Shown: piece by piece, positions 40,166-53,134 of the stretch
Layout of the letters: the number at the start of each line of letters is the position of its first letter
Numbering within the stretch: the first letter of the stretch is position 1
Assembly: GCA_012295275.1 (NCBI GenBank)
Contig: CM022671.1
Location: forward strand, 496,001 to 560,000
DNA: 64,000 nt
Source of the DNA: Chrysomallon squamiferum
Lineage: Eukaryota; Animalia; Mollusca
Direction of reading: 5' to 3'
The notes under the pieces: model-generated
Databases searched by the model: none
What the model was told of the DNA's origin: nothing
What the model saw: the letters and a program-made list of their open reading frames with translations, nothing else
Position numbers and translations under genes: made by a program

Positions 40166-41648
40166 TCATCCTGAGACCAGTTCTCATAATTTCTTTCTTT
40201 TATAATCCTCAGTTTACAAAATGAAACCTGCATGTTTGATACTCAGTAACCATTTCCATTAAAATGAAGTATCACCTATAGTGAACAAAATTATCTTTAC
40301 TGTTCAGTACAAGCAAGGTTTTTCTTTTAAATATAAAAAAATGTTTTTTAAATATTTTAAACTACTAAAAGTAATATACTTTATTTCTGGTTACAAAAAT
40401 CTCCAACCTACTTTCACTCAAAACATAATAAAACCATCGTAATTGAATTTCCAATCCTCAGTTTAAAAAGTTTATTTTTAAAATCTTTTAGAATTCTTCA
40501 AAGTAAGATATTCTCTCTTCAGTCTGGTTAAGCTGCTTTTTAATCATCAGCAGTAATAAATCTATTCTACTAAACATTCAAATTTATTCTTTTTGTTCTT
40601 TTTTTCCTTCTTTTTTTTGTTTTGTTTTTTAAATTGAGTGTTTTGTGAATTCCACTAACTTACTGTGATTTATAGATTCCTCTTCTTTTTTTTTTTTTTC
40701 ATTTAAAACAAAGATGCATCTATCCTAATTGATAAGCATTGAAGGATAAAGCAGTTTTAAGTCTTGAACTTTACCAAAATGAAAATAAATCAACTGTGGG
40801 GTAAACTTATCTTTCCTGGTTTCTTTTTTTTTTTTTTTTTTCCTTCTTCACAGAAAAATAATTCATCCGATTTGATCTGTGGGTCAGTGATTACAAGTGA
40901 AAATAAACATGGAAGATATCATATAAGATATTTAATTTCCTTTTGAAAAATTTAAAGATTACTTTCTTCATAAAATTTATGTCATTACTTGTAATAATTG
41001 CTTTTATTTGATTTTGAGTTTTTACTGAAGTATTTCACTTTCTTCTGATAAATTTTATAACATTACTTATAACTGCTGTTGTGAGATTTTTAATTTATAA
41101 TCAAATATTTTATTTCCTTCTGTCTCTTCATTAAAATACCTTTTGACATTACATTCATATCATTACTGTTGTTTAATTTTTTTATTTTTACTAAAATATT
41201 TTATCTCTTTGGTAAATTTTAAGATTAATTTTAAATGATTACTTGTTAAACTGCTGCTGTTACATTTTTCTGTTGTTACTAAAAAAACCTTTTTTTCTTT
41301 TTGATAAAGTTAACCATTATTTTTTTAAGTCATTACTGCTGAATTGTTTAATTATAAAAAAATAATATTCATTATAATTGCTTTTGTTGCATGTTTTTAT
41401 TATTACTAATCATTTTTCTTCCTTTTGATTAATTTAATCATTTGTATTACTGTTCACTTTCCTAAATAATTTTTTTTTAAACTCTTTTGCTACAATTAAT
41501 GAAGCAATGAATAAAAGTTTTACAAAATATTTTTGTACTATTGTCTTTTTCTTCTTATTATTATTATTGTTATTGTTATTGTTATTGTTGTTGTTATTGT
41601 TATCTAAAAGTATACCTGTGATGGAGTTAGTGTAACAAATATTTTTTT

Positions 41649-41706
<58 letters not shown>

Positions 41707-42106
41707 ATCATCTGCACATTTAAAACAAATGCTACTTTTATTTTAATTTTTGAATCATCACCCTCTTCTATCATTTTTTTTTTTTTTTTTTTTTTTTTTC
41801 TGTACAGCCTAGAAAACAACAACAGATCCAGTTACAGATACAAAATGTCTGCACAATAAGTAACTTGAGCCACCTGGTCTTCTACCAGACAAACTGTACA
41901 GCATCATTAACTGTGTGGTGCAATTAGTCAGTTATAACACAACAGATGTCCATCACACTGAGTCCTGTTCTGTATCAAGTGAAAAAGCAAGTACCATGTG
42001 TTAACAAAAACATACCTACTTAAAACAACCTTCCTATTACTCAATTAATTACACCATCGCAAATAATACTACAAGAAACCCAGCTGTTACATTAGTTATT
42101 TATAAA

Positions 42107-42196
42107 AAATAAATAAATATATAAATAAATAAATAAATAAATAAATATATAAATAAATAAATAAATAAATATATAAATAAATAAATAAATAAATAA
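42107..42196 (+). repeat. (AAAT)n microsatellite with atat interruptions
   Basis: Read directly. Confidence 0.9.
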
Positions 42197-45028
42197 AAAT
42201 AGTGACTGTCTGCATTGCAAATAACTTTGAACAGTAAATAGTTAACATTTCTCATTATTCATCAAGTTACATTTGTTATTTGTTTTTGAGCTGCACTAAG
42301 TATAAATGTAAACTAGTGATTATTTATTCTAAAAAAAAAACAACAACAATAAATTAATAATAAAAAAAAAGGTTAAAGACTGAAAGTTCTATAGCAAACA
42401 TAAAAAAAAGTAATTTAACAAATGAATGTACTATAGCAAACACAAGAAAGTCGTAACCTTTTTTGGTTATTTTAACAATAATTAATCTCCATGTATTTTT
42501 TAAAACTAAATAAAATTGTCTTGTTTCCAAACATTTCCGACACTATGCAGAAAGCCATTCTGGACAGACACACAACTCCCCTGAGATCTAGAGTTACAGT
42601 CTGTCCAGTGAAGATGTCAGGCAGGACACATAGAAATATGTAGTGAGGAAAACAACAACTCTTGAGAAGAAGCTGAAGGGGATGTGTGACCTTGAGGTGG
42701 CATTAATCAGTCAGTGAACAGGAACAGAAAACAGATATTTATCACTACACAGTTAATGCACCACAGTAAATTCAACCTGGTCTAGTAATACCTATATCAG
42801 AGTGAAAATATATCATATATTTTTTTTCTTTTTAGACTTAGCTTGCTTTTATAATTTTTAATCAATTTTTGAAATACAATAATCTGTGCTGTTCTGTTAT
42901 TTATCATCAAGAACATACTTAAGATATATTTATATCATGCAGCAGTTATTGTGACCAAAATGTTTTTTAACAAAGCCACAGATGTAGTAAATGAAAACTA
43001 AAGTCACTGCATGCAGTGTAAACAGTATAAATAGATGGATAAGCAGAACAATAAAAAATGAATAACTTAACTCATTTTGTGAAGAGTAGTACCAGCTGAC
43101 AGCAATACATTCTACATCACAAAGAGAAAATATTTCAGAAAGAAAAAGAAAATGGTTTTACTGCTTTGTGTAATTTTGAAGTAGTTTTATAGTTAAAGTC
43201 AACAATTGCTTTCTGTAACATATTTATTCTTAATACAGTGAATCTAGTTCATAATCTCTGCTAACATCTAGCTTTAGTGTATTAGAAAATATCTTCAGCA
43301 GAAAGTCAAAAAGAAAATAAGAAATTCACCATTAATTCAGCTTACGCTATAGCAAGTGCCCAATGGAAGACAAAATTCTATGGAATAGAAATTGGTTTTC
43401 TCTAGCAGTGTGACGTATGCAGTCACAGAATCCTTACATGAATGCACCCTTAACTAATCCAGCTTCTTCCACTTTGTGTAAGTCACGACTGCCACAGGAC
43501 AGTGGAGCAGTTCATTCTGCCGAGTGTTTCCACTGAATAAAGTGACCCTTATTAAACATGTTTTCTTCCACTGTATGATGAAGAAAGACTAATTCAAAAA
43601 ATAAAAAATAAATTAAATGTCAGAGCAAAATTCCATAAGATTTCATTTTGAAGTCACAGAAAATGTATTTTATAGTTATTCGTGTGAACACATGCTGAAA
43701 GTTCGGAAATAACCATTTAAGTGTTGTAAGAAAAATACTTCAACATATTTGGTTAAAGGAAAACAAAAAGAAACCTATGTGGAAGATGATATACAGCTTG
43801 GTGTCCCATGGGCTCATTCAGTGGCAGGATCAGTTCACTCTGGATGATCCCTTCAGTTGTGTTTTATTACTTTACAACATGTACGTACAGCTGTAACAGT
43901 GACGATAAACCACGTAGATGTAAAACATCTTTATTTAGAATTTTTGTCAAACTTCAGTTTCATTTGTTTCTACAGGATTAACAATTATATATAGTTGTAT
44001 GTATGTAATTATGTGGCTTTAACCCAGTGATGTCACACTACTGTCCCAGCCACTGATTAGTTTACTTCAGTTTATAATCTTTTCAGTTATGCAATGTGAA
44101 TGGATGCAATACTTGAAATATTGTGAAGACTGACTGAATTATTCCATTTTTCATTTGCTTTTTTTCAAAATACTCAGCATCTTTAATTAAAATGGAAATA
44201 ATGTCACATTTAATGAAAAGATACTGTTGAGAAATTTATTTTGTTAGCAAAGGATGAAATAGAAGAATGCACTCAGGTAAATAGGTGTATTCATGAAAAA
44301 TAATTAATTTATAAATATTTTTTACCAGAGTTGTGTTCACAAATATTTACTATTAGATTCAAGTATGAAAATAATTTTGATTAATCCTTAGGTTACTTTT
44401 AGTTAAACTATGCATTATTGTCTTATTTCACTGTTATAAAGAACAATAATGTATGCTGAAGACATAACAATATTCTCTGTAAGAAAATATTACAGTAATG
44501 TATTATCTCACATAAATCCTTTTAGATATATCTGTGTTTGATTTTCTATTTATAATATATAACAAATAGTAAAATTATCCAGATGTAATAAAAAATTGGT
44601 AGTTTTATATACAGTATGCAAAATAAGCCTATCTGTTCAATGGAATAGTCAAAAAATGTATGTGTTTTTTTTATAACCATAATGTGGAATAAGTGAGATC
44701 AATATGGCAGACTGTTTGATAACAACAACAAAACTGCAAAAATTTTAAATATAATAAAAATGAACCAATTTTTAAAAATGTTAATTACTGAGAAGGAAAG
44801 CAAAAATCATTAAATTAGTAAATTTGTTGTATTAACATTAGCATCATGCCATTCTGTTGCACAAACAAGCCACATCATTTATTAACAATCAATAATAAGA
44901 AGGTAAGTGCCCTGTCAGGTCAGTGGACTTGGGTAACTTCAGTTAGGTAAGAAATCTGCTGAGATTAAAACTCTGTAAACACAGACTTTAGGCTCAGCAA
45001 TAAACAACTTCATCTAATGTCTTTAAAT

Positions 45029-45097
45029 TAAAGTTCAAACATTAAAAAAACTAAAGTTCAAACATTAAAAAAAGCTAAAGTTCAAACATTAAAAAAA
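45029..45097 (+). repeat. Short tandem triplication of taaagttcaaacattaaaaaaa
   Basis: Three adjacent copies. Confidence 0.9.
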
Positions 45098-45384
45098 CAA
45101 AATGATAAAATGGCAAAGACAAATTATCTGAGGCCATTTTGCACAAATTCTTAGAAAATATTTAATTTTTGTAAGTATAGTTTCACATTTAAAGAAAAGG
45201 TGCTTGGAATGAAACTGGGAAATGGTTTCAACAGATTTGATCCTGTGATAAAATGCACACTAGGTAATAATACTTTTATTTTTCCACTGAAAATGTTCAG
45301 CTTTCTGAAACAGATTAGAACAATACATCTTACTTGTATTTTTAATCTTTAGTACTTAATTAATTTTGTATTATTTTAGATTGA

Positions 45385-45420
<36 letters not shown>

Positions 45421-47979
45421 TTGTTCATTATTTAAAACACTGAAATTGTTTGCAGTTATATAGTTTAAAAAGCTTCTAATATAATTTTTCAAATTCTAAC
45501 AAATTTACTGAATCAAAATCCAGCATGATGGTTAGCTTAATGGAATAACAAAAAAAGGATTTGGTATGTTAAAAAATTCTTCAGCTGCATTTCCACCTGT
45601 CAATTTAAAATTCCGTAACTTAATTATAATTTATCATTCAGTTATAAAACCTGTATTATTTTTAAACTAAAATTCTGAAAACTTAAAAAAATAAGTTAAT
45701 ATATCGTTCACTGGAGTGAGTCACATATTTCTTATTTATTTATTCATTTATTCATTATTATCACGTGGATATGTGGATCTTTTCAGTATTTTCTTTTCTT
45801 TATTTTATTTTTTTTTCTCAGTTTTTATCGGACACACATGTTGACGATGGATAAATGAATATCAATATTTACTTGCCTTCTCGTCATCAGAGTTCAAGGC
45901 TGTTTATTAATCAAGAGGAAAATAAAGCAGGGAGATGTTATTCACTGATAAGACATGTCTATCATAAATCACAACCCCCAGTGATATCTATTGTGAATTT
46001 AAACAAATGACTGCTGAGAAAACAACAACGAAACACATACTACAATTAATAAGATTTAGCAACTGCATCTTCATTTAATTGTATGTATGCCACCACAGTG
46101 AAGCCAGAATGCCAGGAACAGCAAGCTCTAAGGATGTCTGATACTGCTTTTATCAAACTGTTAAGGCCTCAACATAAATAGATTTCTGTTTCCTTTCCAA
46201 TAAGCAACCTTAATTTAGAGCCTGAATAGTCCAAGATCATTTGCATCGAATCAACATTTTTGGATGTTGTTTTTTTTTCCTATAAGTTACACCATATTAA
46301 AATTCAAAATCAGAATCAGAATCATATTAAGGAAAATGAATGAATGATATATTACAAAATAACTCCATTGCATAAATAATACATTGTCCACTTAGAACCT
46401 AAAATTTATAAATGATGGATATAAATAATAAAACAGAGAGAAATTATATAAACACTGGAATGTTGTTGAAATGAAAACTCCTTTAACAAACACTGGATAT
46501 TAAACATTTTTAAAATAAGTTAATAAAGTTTTAACTTTCATATTTGTTTAATATTTAATGACAAAAAGACCCCAAAAAAAATTGGTACAAAATAAAATTA
46601 TAAAAAAACAACAACCAAAAAAAGACATTATCTTTTATACTGCAGGTATAAACTGAAAATACGTTTGTTTATTCTTGCAATGTAAAAATGTTAAAACTAC
46701 ATGTAAATGTATAAAGCCAAAAAGCAAACAGATTACTTTAACAGTCCAGTGACTATCAATACTAATAATGATCTGATAAATTGATTTCCTCAAGCATTAC
46801 TTGCTTGAACTCTCAGATCAGATAATTTATTTAATACGTAACTCTGAGCTGTACAAGACAAGTTACGTAACAGTGAATGTTTCATGTTTTTACACAAAAC
46901 CCTCATAATTATACTCATCACACATGTATAATGGATGGTTAAAGTAAAACAAAATAACTGGTGGTTTGACAGAAATAAAGGTAGAAATCAAATGAATATA
47001 TGTACAGATAATGTTTAAAAAAAATAAAATAAAATAAAAGGCCAAATGAAGCATGATGATTCAATTGCAGGATGGTGGAAAGAAAAAAGAAAATGATATC
47101 TAATAAAAATGATAAATAAAATGATTTTAAAGACAAAATCATACATGTAAAGAGAGACAGATATATGTATTTCTAGGAAATAAATTAGTGTTTAAGATTA
47201 ATTAAATGTTTGTAAAACATTCTACCAAATAACAGTAAGTATGGAATTTTTTCCTTTTTACTGTTATTCATTATCTGTAACTTAACTATGTAATGATATT
47301 TTCAGATTTGTCATAAAACTGAATTTTAAAAAAAAAGGAAAGAAAAAACCCAAGTTAGATCTGATGTAATCTCAGTAGGGGTGCTCAGGGTTTGTTCATT
47401 ATGAACATTTAATTGATTATTAATAAATCATCAGTCATTATTAATCAATTAATGTCAAAACAAGCAAAGATTTCACTGTTGAAAGTTGTTTTGTATTTTG
47501 CCAACATTTAAATTTCTGAATCATTATTTTTTAGAGAACTAGCATAAACAATAACATAAGACAATATTAAAAATGTTGTTATTTTCTGTTTCTTTACTTT
47601 AAAATATTCCCAAATATCTCTCTAGCCATAAAATTTAGATTAACTTTTTAATGTTTAATTTACTTCTTACAAGCATAATATTTTTCTTATCAACAATAGT
47701 AATGAAAATGTGGTCAGTAATGGCTCATCATTCTAAACCACTGAGTGTGTTTTAACTGAACTGCATACATCATACAGCTACATCATCAACAACCACATCA
47801 GAATGTATGAACATCTGTTAACCTGGATCAAACTAGAAATGGCATCTGCTTGGAGCAGAAGAACACATTGTCAAAAGGCTATCATTCATCTGAAAGCCAG
47901 AGGAAAGAACAGTATTTTCTTCCAAACTTCTCATCATGAAAACAGACAGGAATAATTATTCAGCTTTGGCTCTGTTATT

Positions 47980-48185
47980 TAAGTACTGAGACGTGATGGG
48001 TCATTTGCAGGATCAATTCTCCTTAGTGGAAAATGTGCTTATTTGTGTTTTTTCTCTTTATTTTATTATTATATTCATCATTTCTGATTTCTGTATGGTG
48101 TAGTTTTCCCTGACAACTATAGTTATTTGGTTGGTGTTTGCTTGAGAAGTAACTAGTGTTGGTTCAATTCTCCTCACTGGAGAAC
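47980..48185 (+). mobile_element. Two adjacent SINE head relics
   Basis: ctgagac...ggatcaattctccttagtgga (about 47986-48030) and cttgagaa...ggttcaattctcctcactgga (about 48141-48181) share a B-box-like core and downstream bases. Confidence 0.45.
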
Positions 48186-49034
48186 AAATAGCAGCATTCC
48201 ATTTTGGCCAGAAGTTTATCAGAAGTTATTTTAAGAGATTTTTTTGTTTTCAGAAACATTCCTTGTTTGTAAAATCTGAAAACAACACCTGGGTGGCAAT
48301 AGCAATTTCCTATATAACAAATTGTTTTACAAAATAACATATGACATTGATTACTAACTCGCTAAGATTCAATTAATATTCTTTACTTTAAATGCAGTAA
48401 AAATCATTCTTAAGCAATAAAGAATAAAATAATTTGTTGCCAGTATAAAATTTAATGTAATGTCATTTTAATTTTTTTCCCCACAACAGAAACAGATTAT
48501 AATAAAAAATTTGAAAGCCATGTAAATAGGATTAATTTGTTTCTAACCATTATCAGAAGATCAACAAATAAAACAAAATTCATAAATAATAAATCTTCCA
48601 ACAAAAGCATATTAATTTCCTGATATGGATTATTTGCAGAATCACATATTTCAAACATTACTTATGCATTCACAAAAATCTACTAAAAGTTAAAAACATT
48701 TTATATATAAATCATCTAAATAACCATTAAATGTTTTCTTTTTTATCTTCCTTTGTTTAATATGTGTGTGTATTTATTTAAACCTATTATTAAAAAAGAA
48801 GATTAAAATCTTTGAATTTGCAAACATATTTTTTATTATTTTTTTTAATTTATTTAATTTTAAATTAAAGAACTTACAAGCTTACAGTATATTAAGCCCA
48901 TTAAAAAAAATTATTTAAATCAAGTGGTGACTAAAAAACCCCAGAAAAACATTTCTTTTACCTTTATTATTTAGAAAATTTGTTGTTGTTGCTATTGCTA
49001 TCCTTTTCTTTTGTGTCCTTCAAATTGACCAGCA

Positions 49035-49164
49035 AACACCCACACCCACACCCACACACACACACACCCACACAAAAACACTCACACAATCACACACAAA
49101 AACACACCCACACACAATCACACACAAAAACACTCACACACACACACAAAAACTCACACAATCA

Positions 49165-49204
<40 letters not shown>

Positions 49205-49230
49205 AGACATACAGAAACACATACACACAT
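49035..49230 (+). repeat. Imperfect (CA)n microsatellite
   Basis: Read directly. Confidence 0.93.
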
Positions 49231-49776
49231 TCAGACATACAAAAACAAACACTATTTTTTATTTTATTGTTATTTTCAAACAATGACATTAATTTAGATA
49301 TTTATTGCACATTCTTCACTTTACACTGTTGTTTCACTAAATTTATTTTGCATTTATTTTCCTACTGCAGTCCTTAAAAAATATCCATACTGAGGACTAA
49401 TCCAAGATGAATGCCAAGTTTATATATTCATTGATTTTTGTTATTAGAACAGATCATGTAACAGTTGTATAAAGTTTCTCAGCTGTTGGCAACACCTGAT
49501 AATTATCTTCAAATGCTGTTGCATGTTAGTACACACTATGTGCATTACTACTGAAGTAAATTATATGCTGCATTGATCTATTATACTTTTATTATCAATA
49601 TGTATGTGGATATGCTTATGAATACACACACACAAATACACCCATTCATATTCATTTCTGTATAAACACATACATGTCATTATAAATGTGATATACAGTT
49701 GATAAATTAACCATGACAGAAAAATAATGTATTACGAATATAAATAATAATGATAAATGAGCATGTATCAGCATGT

Positions 49777-50018
49777 GCATACATATACACATACATACAT
49801 ACTTACATACATATATACATACATACATACACTTACATACATACATACATACATACACTTACATACATACATACTTACATACATACATACATACACACAC
49901 TTACATACATACATACATACATTACATACATACATATATATACATATACACATACATACATACATATACATATATATATACATACATACATACACACATA
50001 CATACATACATACATACA

Positions 50019-50050
<32 letters not shown>
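49777..50050 (+). repeat. (TACA)n microsatellite
   Basis: Read directly; source of the YIHT/MYVC ORFs. Confidence 0.96.
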
Positions 50051-50053
<3 letters not shown>

Positions 50054-50605
50054 GTTTTTTGTAAGTACTGGCCTTCATAATTTTGTGAGATACGGGGAAA
50101 TAAATGTGTATTAAAATTAAAGATAAATGAAGACAGAAGGAACGTGTGTATCTCCAAGTTAATCAGTGGTTTGTATTTTCAAATTCAAATCAAACTTACT
50201 CAGAAGAGAATCTTACTGTACAGTAATCATTTCAGAAAAACTTGTTGATAAAACTTCATCAAACAAAAAACCAGCCCAAAAATTACAGTATAGCCTATTC
50301 ATTATTATTTCTGAACACAATTGTGATTAAATCTATAAACTGATAATCCTAACTGCAGAAAGCCAGTGCTAATGGATTAAGGAAAATCAACAACAAAACA
50401 TTTCCAGAAGCACTTTTCATTATCATGTATAAGCAGAGAATTTACACTGACGAAGCCAAAGGCTACAAAGTTAATTTGAGAAACTCAATCACAGAATTCG
50501 ATGGTCAGAACAGCCTGTGTGATTTCAAAAGCCTCAAGAAAATGTGTAGAATTCCATGACAGCCAAATCTGTTATACTTATCTATGAAGTAAACTGGTTT
50601 TTTAG

Positions 50606-50659
<54 letters not shown>

Positions 50660-53134
50660 TTTTTATTATTACTATTTATTTATTTTTACTAATAAATGGT
50701 TATCATTAGAAATTGTATTTAAAAAAAAGAATCAATCAGAAATATTTTGAGAAATAGCTCAAATAAAGTGTCTGAAAGCAATTATCCATGATTAATAAAA
50801 GAAATACTAGTATTCATGAGTTTATGAATTCAGTTATCACAAGGTACTGAAAGCACAGCTCTGTAAATGTACGGTGGCAGCTAAATGTAAAAAGGAATTT
50901 AAAACAATAAAATGGTGAGACCTACAGTATCTCTTACTGAAGCTAGAATCTGATACTGCATTCTCAAACCAGAATGCTTATAATGAAAATTAATTTCCTC
51001 AAAACAGATAATTTAGCAAGAAAAAATAATAAATAAAAAGGAAAATATCTTATTTCTTCTTCTTGTTTTCAAATGGTTCACTCTGGATACTTTTTCTGCA
51101 TTGGGGGTTTTGTTGTTATTGTTTAAATTTAATTAATTTATTTTTTTCTTAGAAAGTCAATAAAACTTTATTTCAAACATTCTGGAATATTTTAATACTA
51201 ATGACTGTTTTTTCAGTAATTCGATGCCAAATATCACTAGATAAAAATATAAAATTACCTTTATTAAGAGAATGAAATGTTAGATTACTTTCCAAAGTAA
51301 ACATTAATATGAAATTGTTTTCTTGCAATGTTTCAAAAAGAGCTTTATTTTGACCATTCTTGTTTCAGTATATTAAAATATTCATCCTGAAATAAAAGAA
51401 ATACAACAGTGTTTTTTAGCATTTGCATTAAGTAGACAAAACATTCAGTAAACAATAATTTTAATATGTTGTCTTACTTGTCACATTGAGATTTTATGTA
51501 ACTAATTAATGTGAACACTTCAAAGAAAAACATAATTGTTACTAATACTCTTACTCATGATAAAGCTTTAATCACAGTACTATTTTAAATAAAAGCACCA
51601 ATGTGTTTGGGCAAGTATATTAAAAAATAATTAAAATTAATAATTATATATCTATTATTTTTTCAAAATTAATGTTCCCAAGCCCTTTTTAAGCTTTAAT
51701 GACTTCATAAATAAATGCATCTTTCGTTTAATAAGCTCTAATGATTGTTGTCATTTTGTGTAAATAAATTCATATTTGAATAAACACAAAGAAAAAAATT
51801 TAAACATTTTATTAACTTTAGTTTATATCAAAATATTATCATGACAGACACTCTAATGGCATTTGTCATTTTAAATTAATACACTTGTTTGTTTCAGTTG
51901 TGAAGAAAAATTCAAAGTAAACATTAATTTCATGTGTAAAAGTGAAATTCCAAAGATATTTGTAAGTTCTGATGGCAATTATATTTGAATAAACACATCC
52001 AAATGTATGCAAATTATTTAACATTTGAAGATATATTTGTCTGAGTAATGTCAAGAACATTTTATATCTAATAGCTGTTGTCATTTATTGAACTGTACTT
52101 GATCATAAAAACAATTACTCACAGTTAACAGATGTTTGATTGCTATGCTGTTATGTATTTACAAATCAACATATTCACTATTGACCTAAATTCATGCCCT
52201 GTCTCACTTCGAGTTTTCACTCTTTGAAAGGTGAGGATAGGGATGGGATTCCTTAATGTGTTGATTACAAGTTTGATACCGTCCCACCACAAACAAAATA
52301 TCTTTCTCACAGCAATGTGTCAAAGATGACAAATCTGTCATAAAAATCACTGAACATTTCAACAGGAACCGTACACTGTACTGGAAAATATCGCTTGCAC
52401 TTGGTAGCTATCATTTCTGCCAATTCTGTATGATGGTAAACTCTAATGTAAGCTAGATGACAGCAAAGTATTGTACTTGATCAATGCAAACGTAACATCT
52501 TGTTGTTGTTGTTCTCCTCTGTTTCTGAAGCCATGTTCACATTTTAATCCTGTTCTCACCAGGAAATATGCTGGCTGTCCATCAAAAGCACGTCATCTTC
52601 TCTGGAAATTCTGTCATAATTCGAATTTTAAACAAACACATTGTTTTTCTCTCTGTATTATTATTTATGAATTTGCAATGGGAAATAAATATTTAGCAAA
52701 AATTCATATCTCACTAGTTGTGAATGACAAAGATACACAAAGTACATTTTGTTCCTGTATCATAAAGGTGAATTTTAATGTAAATTGTATTTGCATGACT
52801 ATGTTGTTGAGAGGTAACCTAAATACATTTTACATGTTTGAGAATTACTGGGGATTTTTGTTGCTGATGTTTATTTTTTTATTATCGGAGTATAGACCTT
52901 TGCTAATAATATCAGCAACACAAAAGATGGGGACTGTTACTTGACAGAACCTGTCCTACTAAAGTTAGATTAATTATGTAAAGTGGAAGATACAACTTGC
53001 CAAACATTTTAAATCTTGCTGTTTTAACATCAGTATAGGAAATCAGATTGCTGTGCCACCTAAACAGACTGCAGTATGTTTATCATCACAAATATCAAAC
53101 ATATTTAACTGCATTTCTCACAGTAACTGGGAAG

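Noticed and set aside
40961-41035. KFYEE-like match as the missing GRK2 exon 3
   Set aside because: An in-frame TGA lies just upstream, the donor is off by one nucleotide, and there is no LLFxDFC-like sequence
32717-50157. HT/CV/YIHT and poly-I/L/Y ORFs
   Set aside because: They are microsatellite translations
52471-52944. Longest ORF in the track (157 aa, +)
   Set aside because: It starts at TTG, has no recognisable domain, has AT-driven composition and is antisense within an intron
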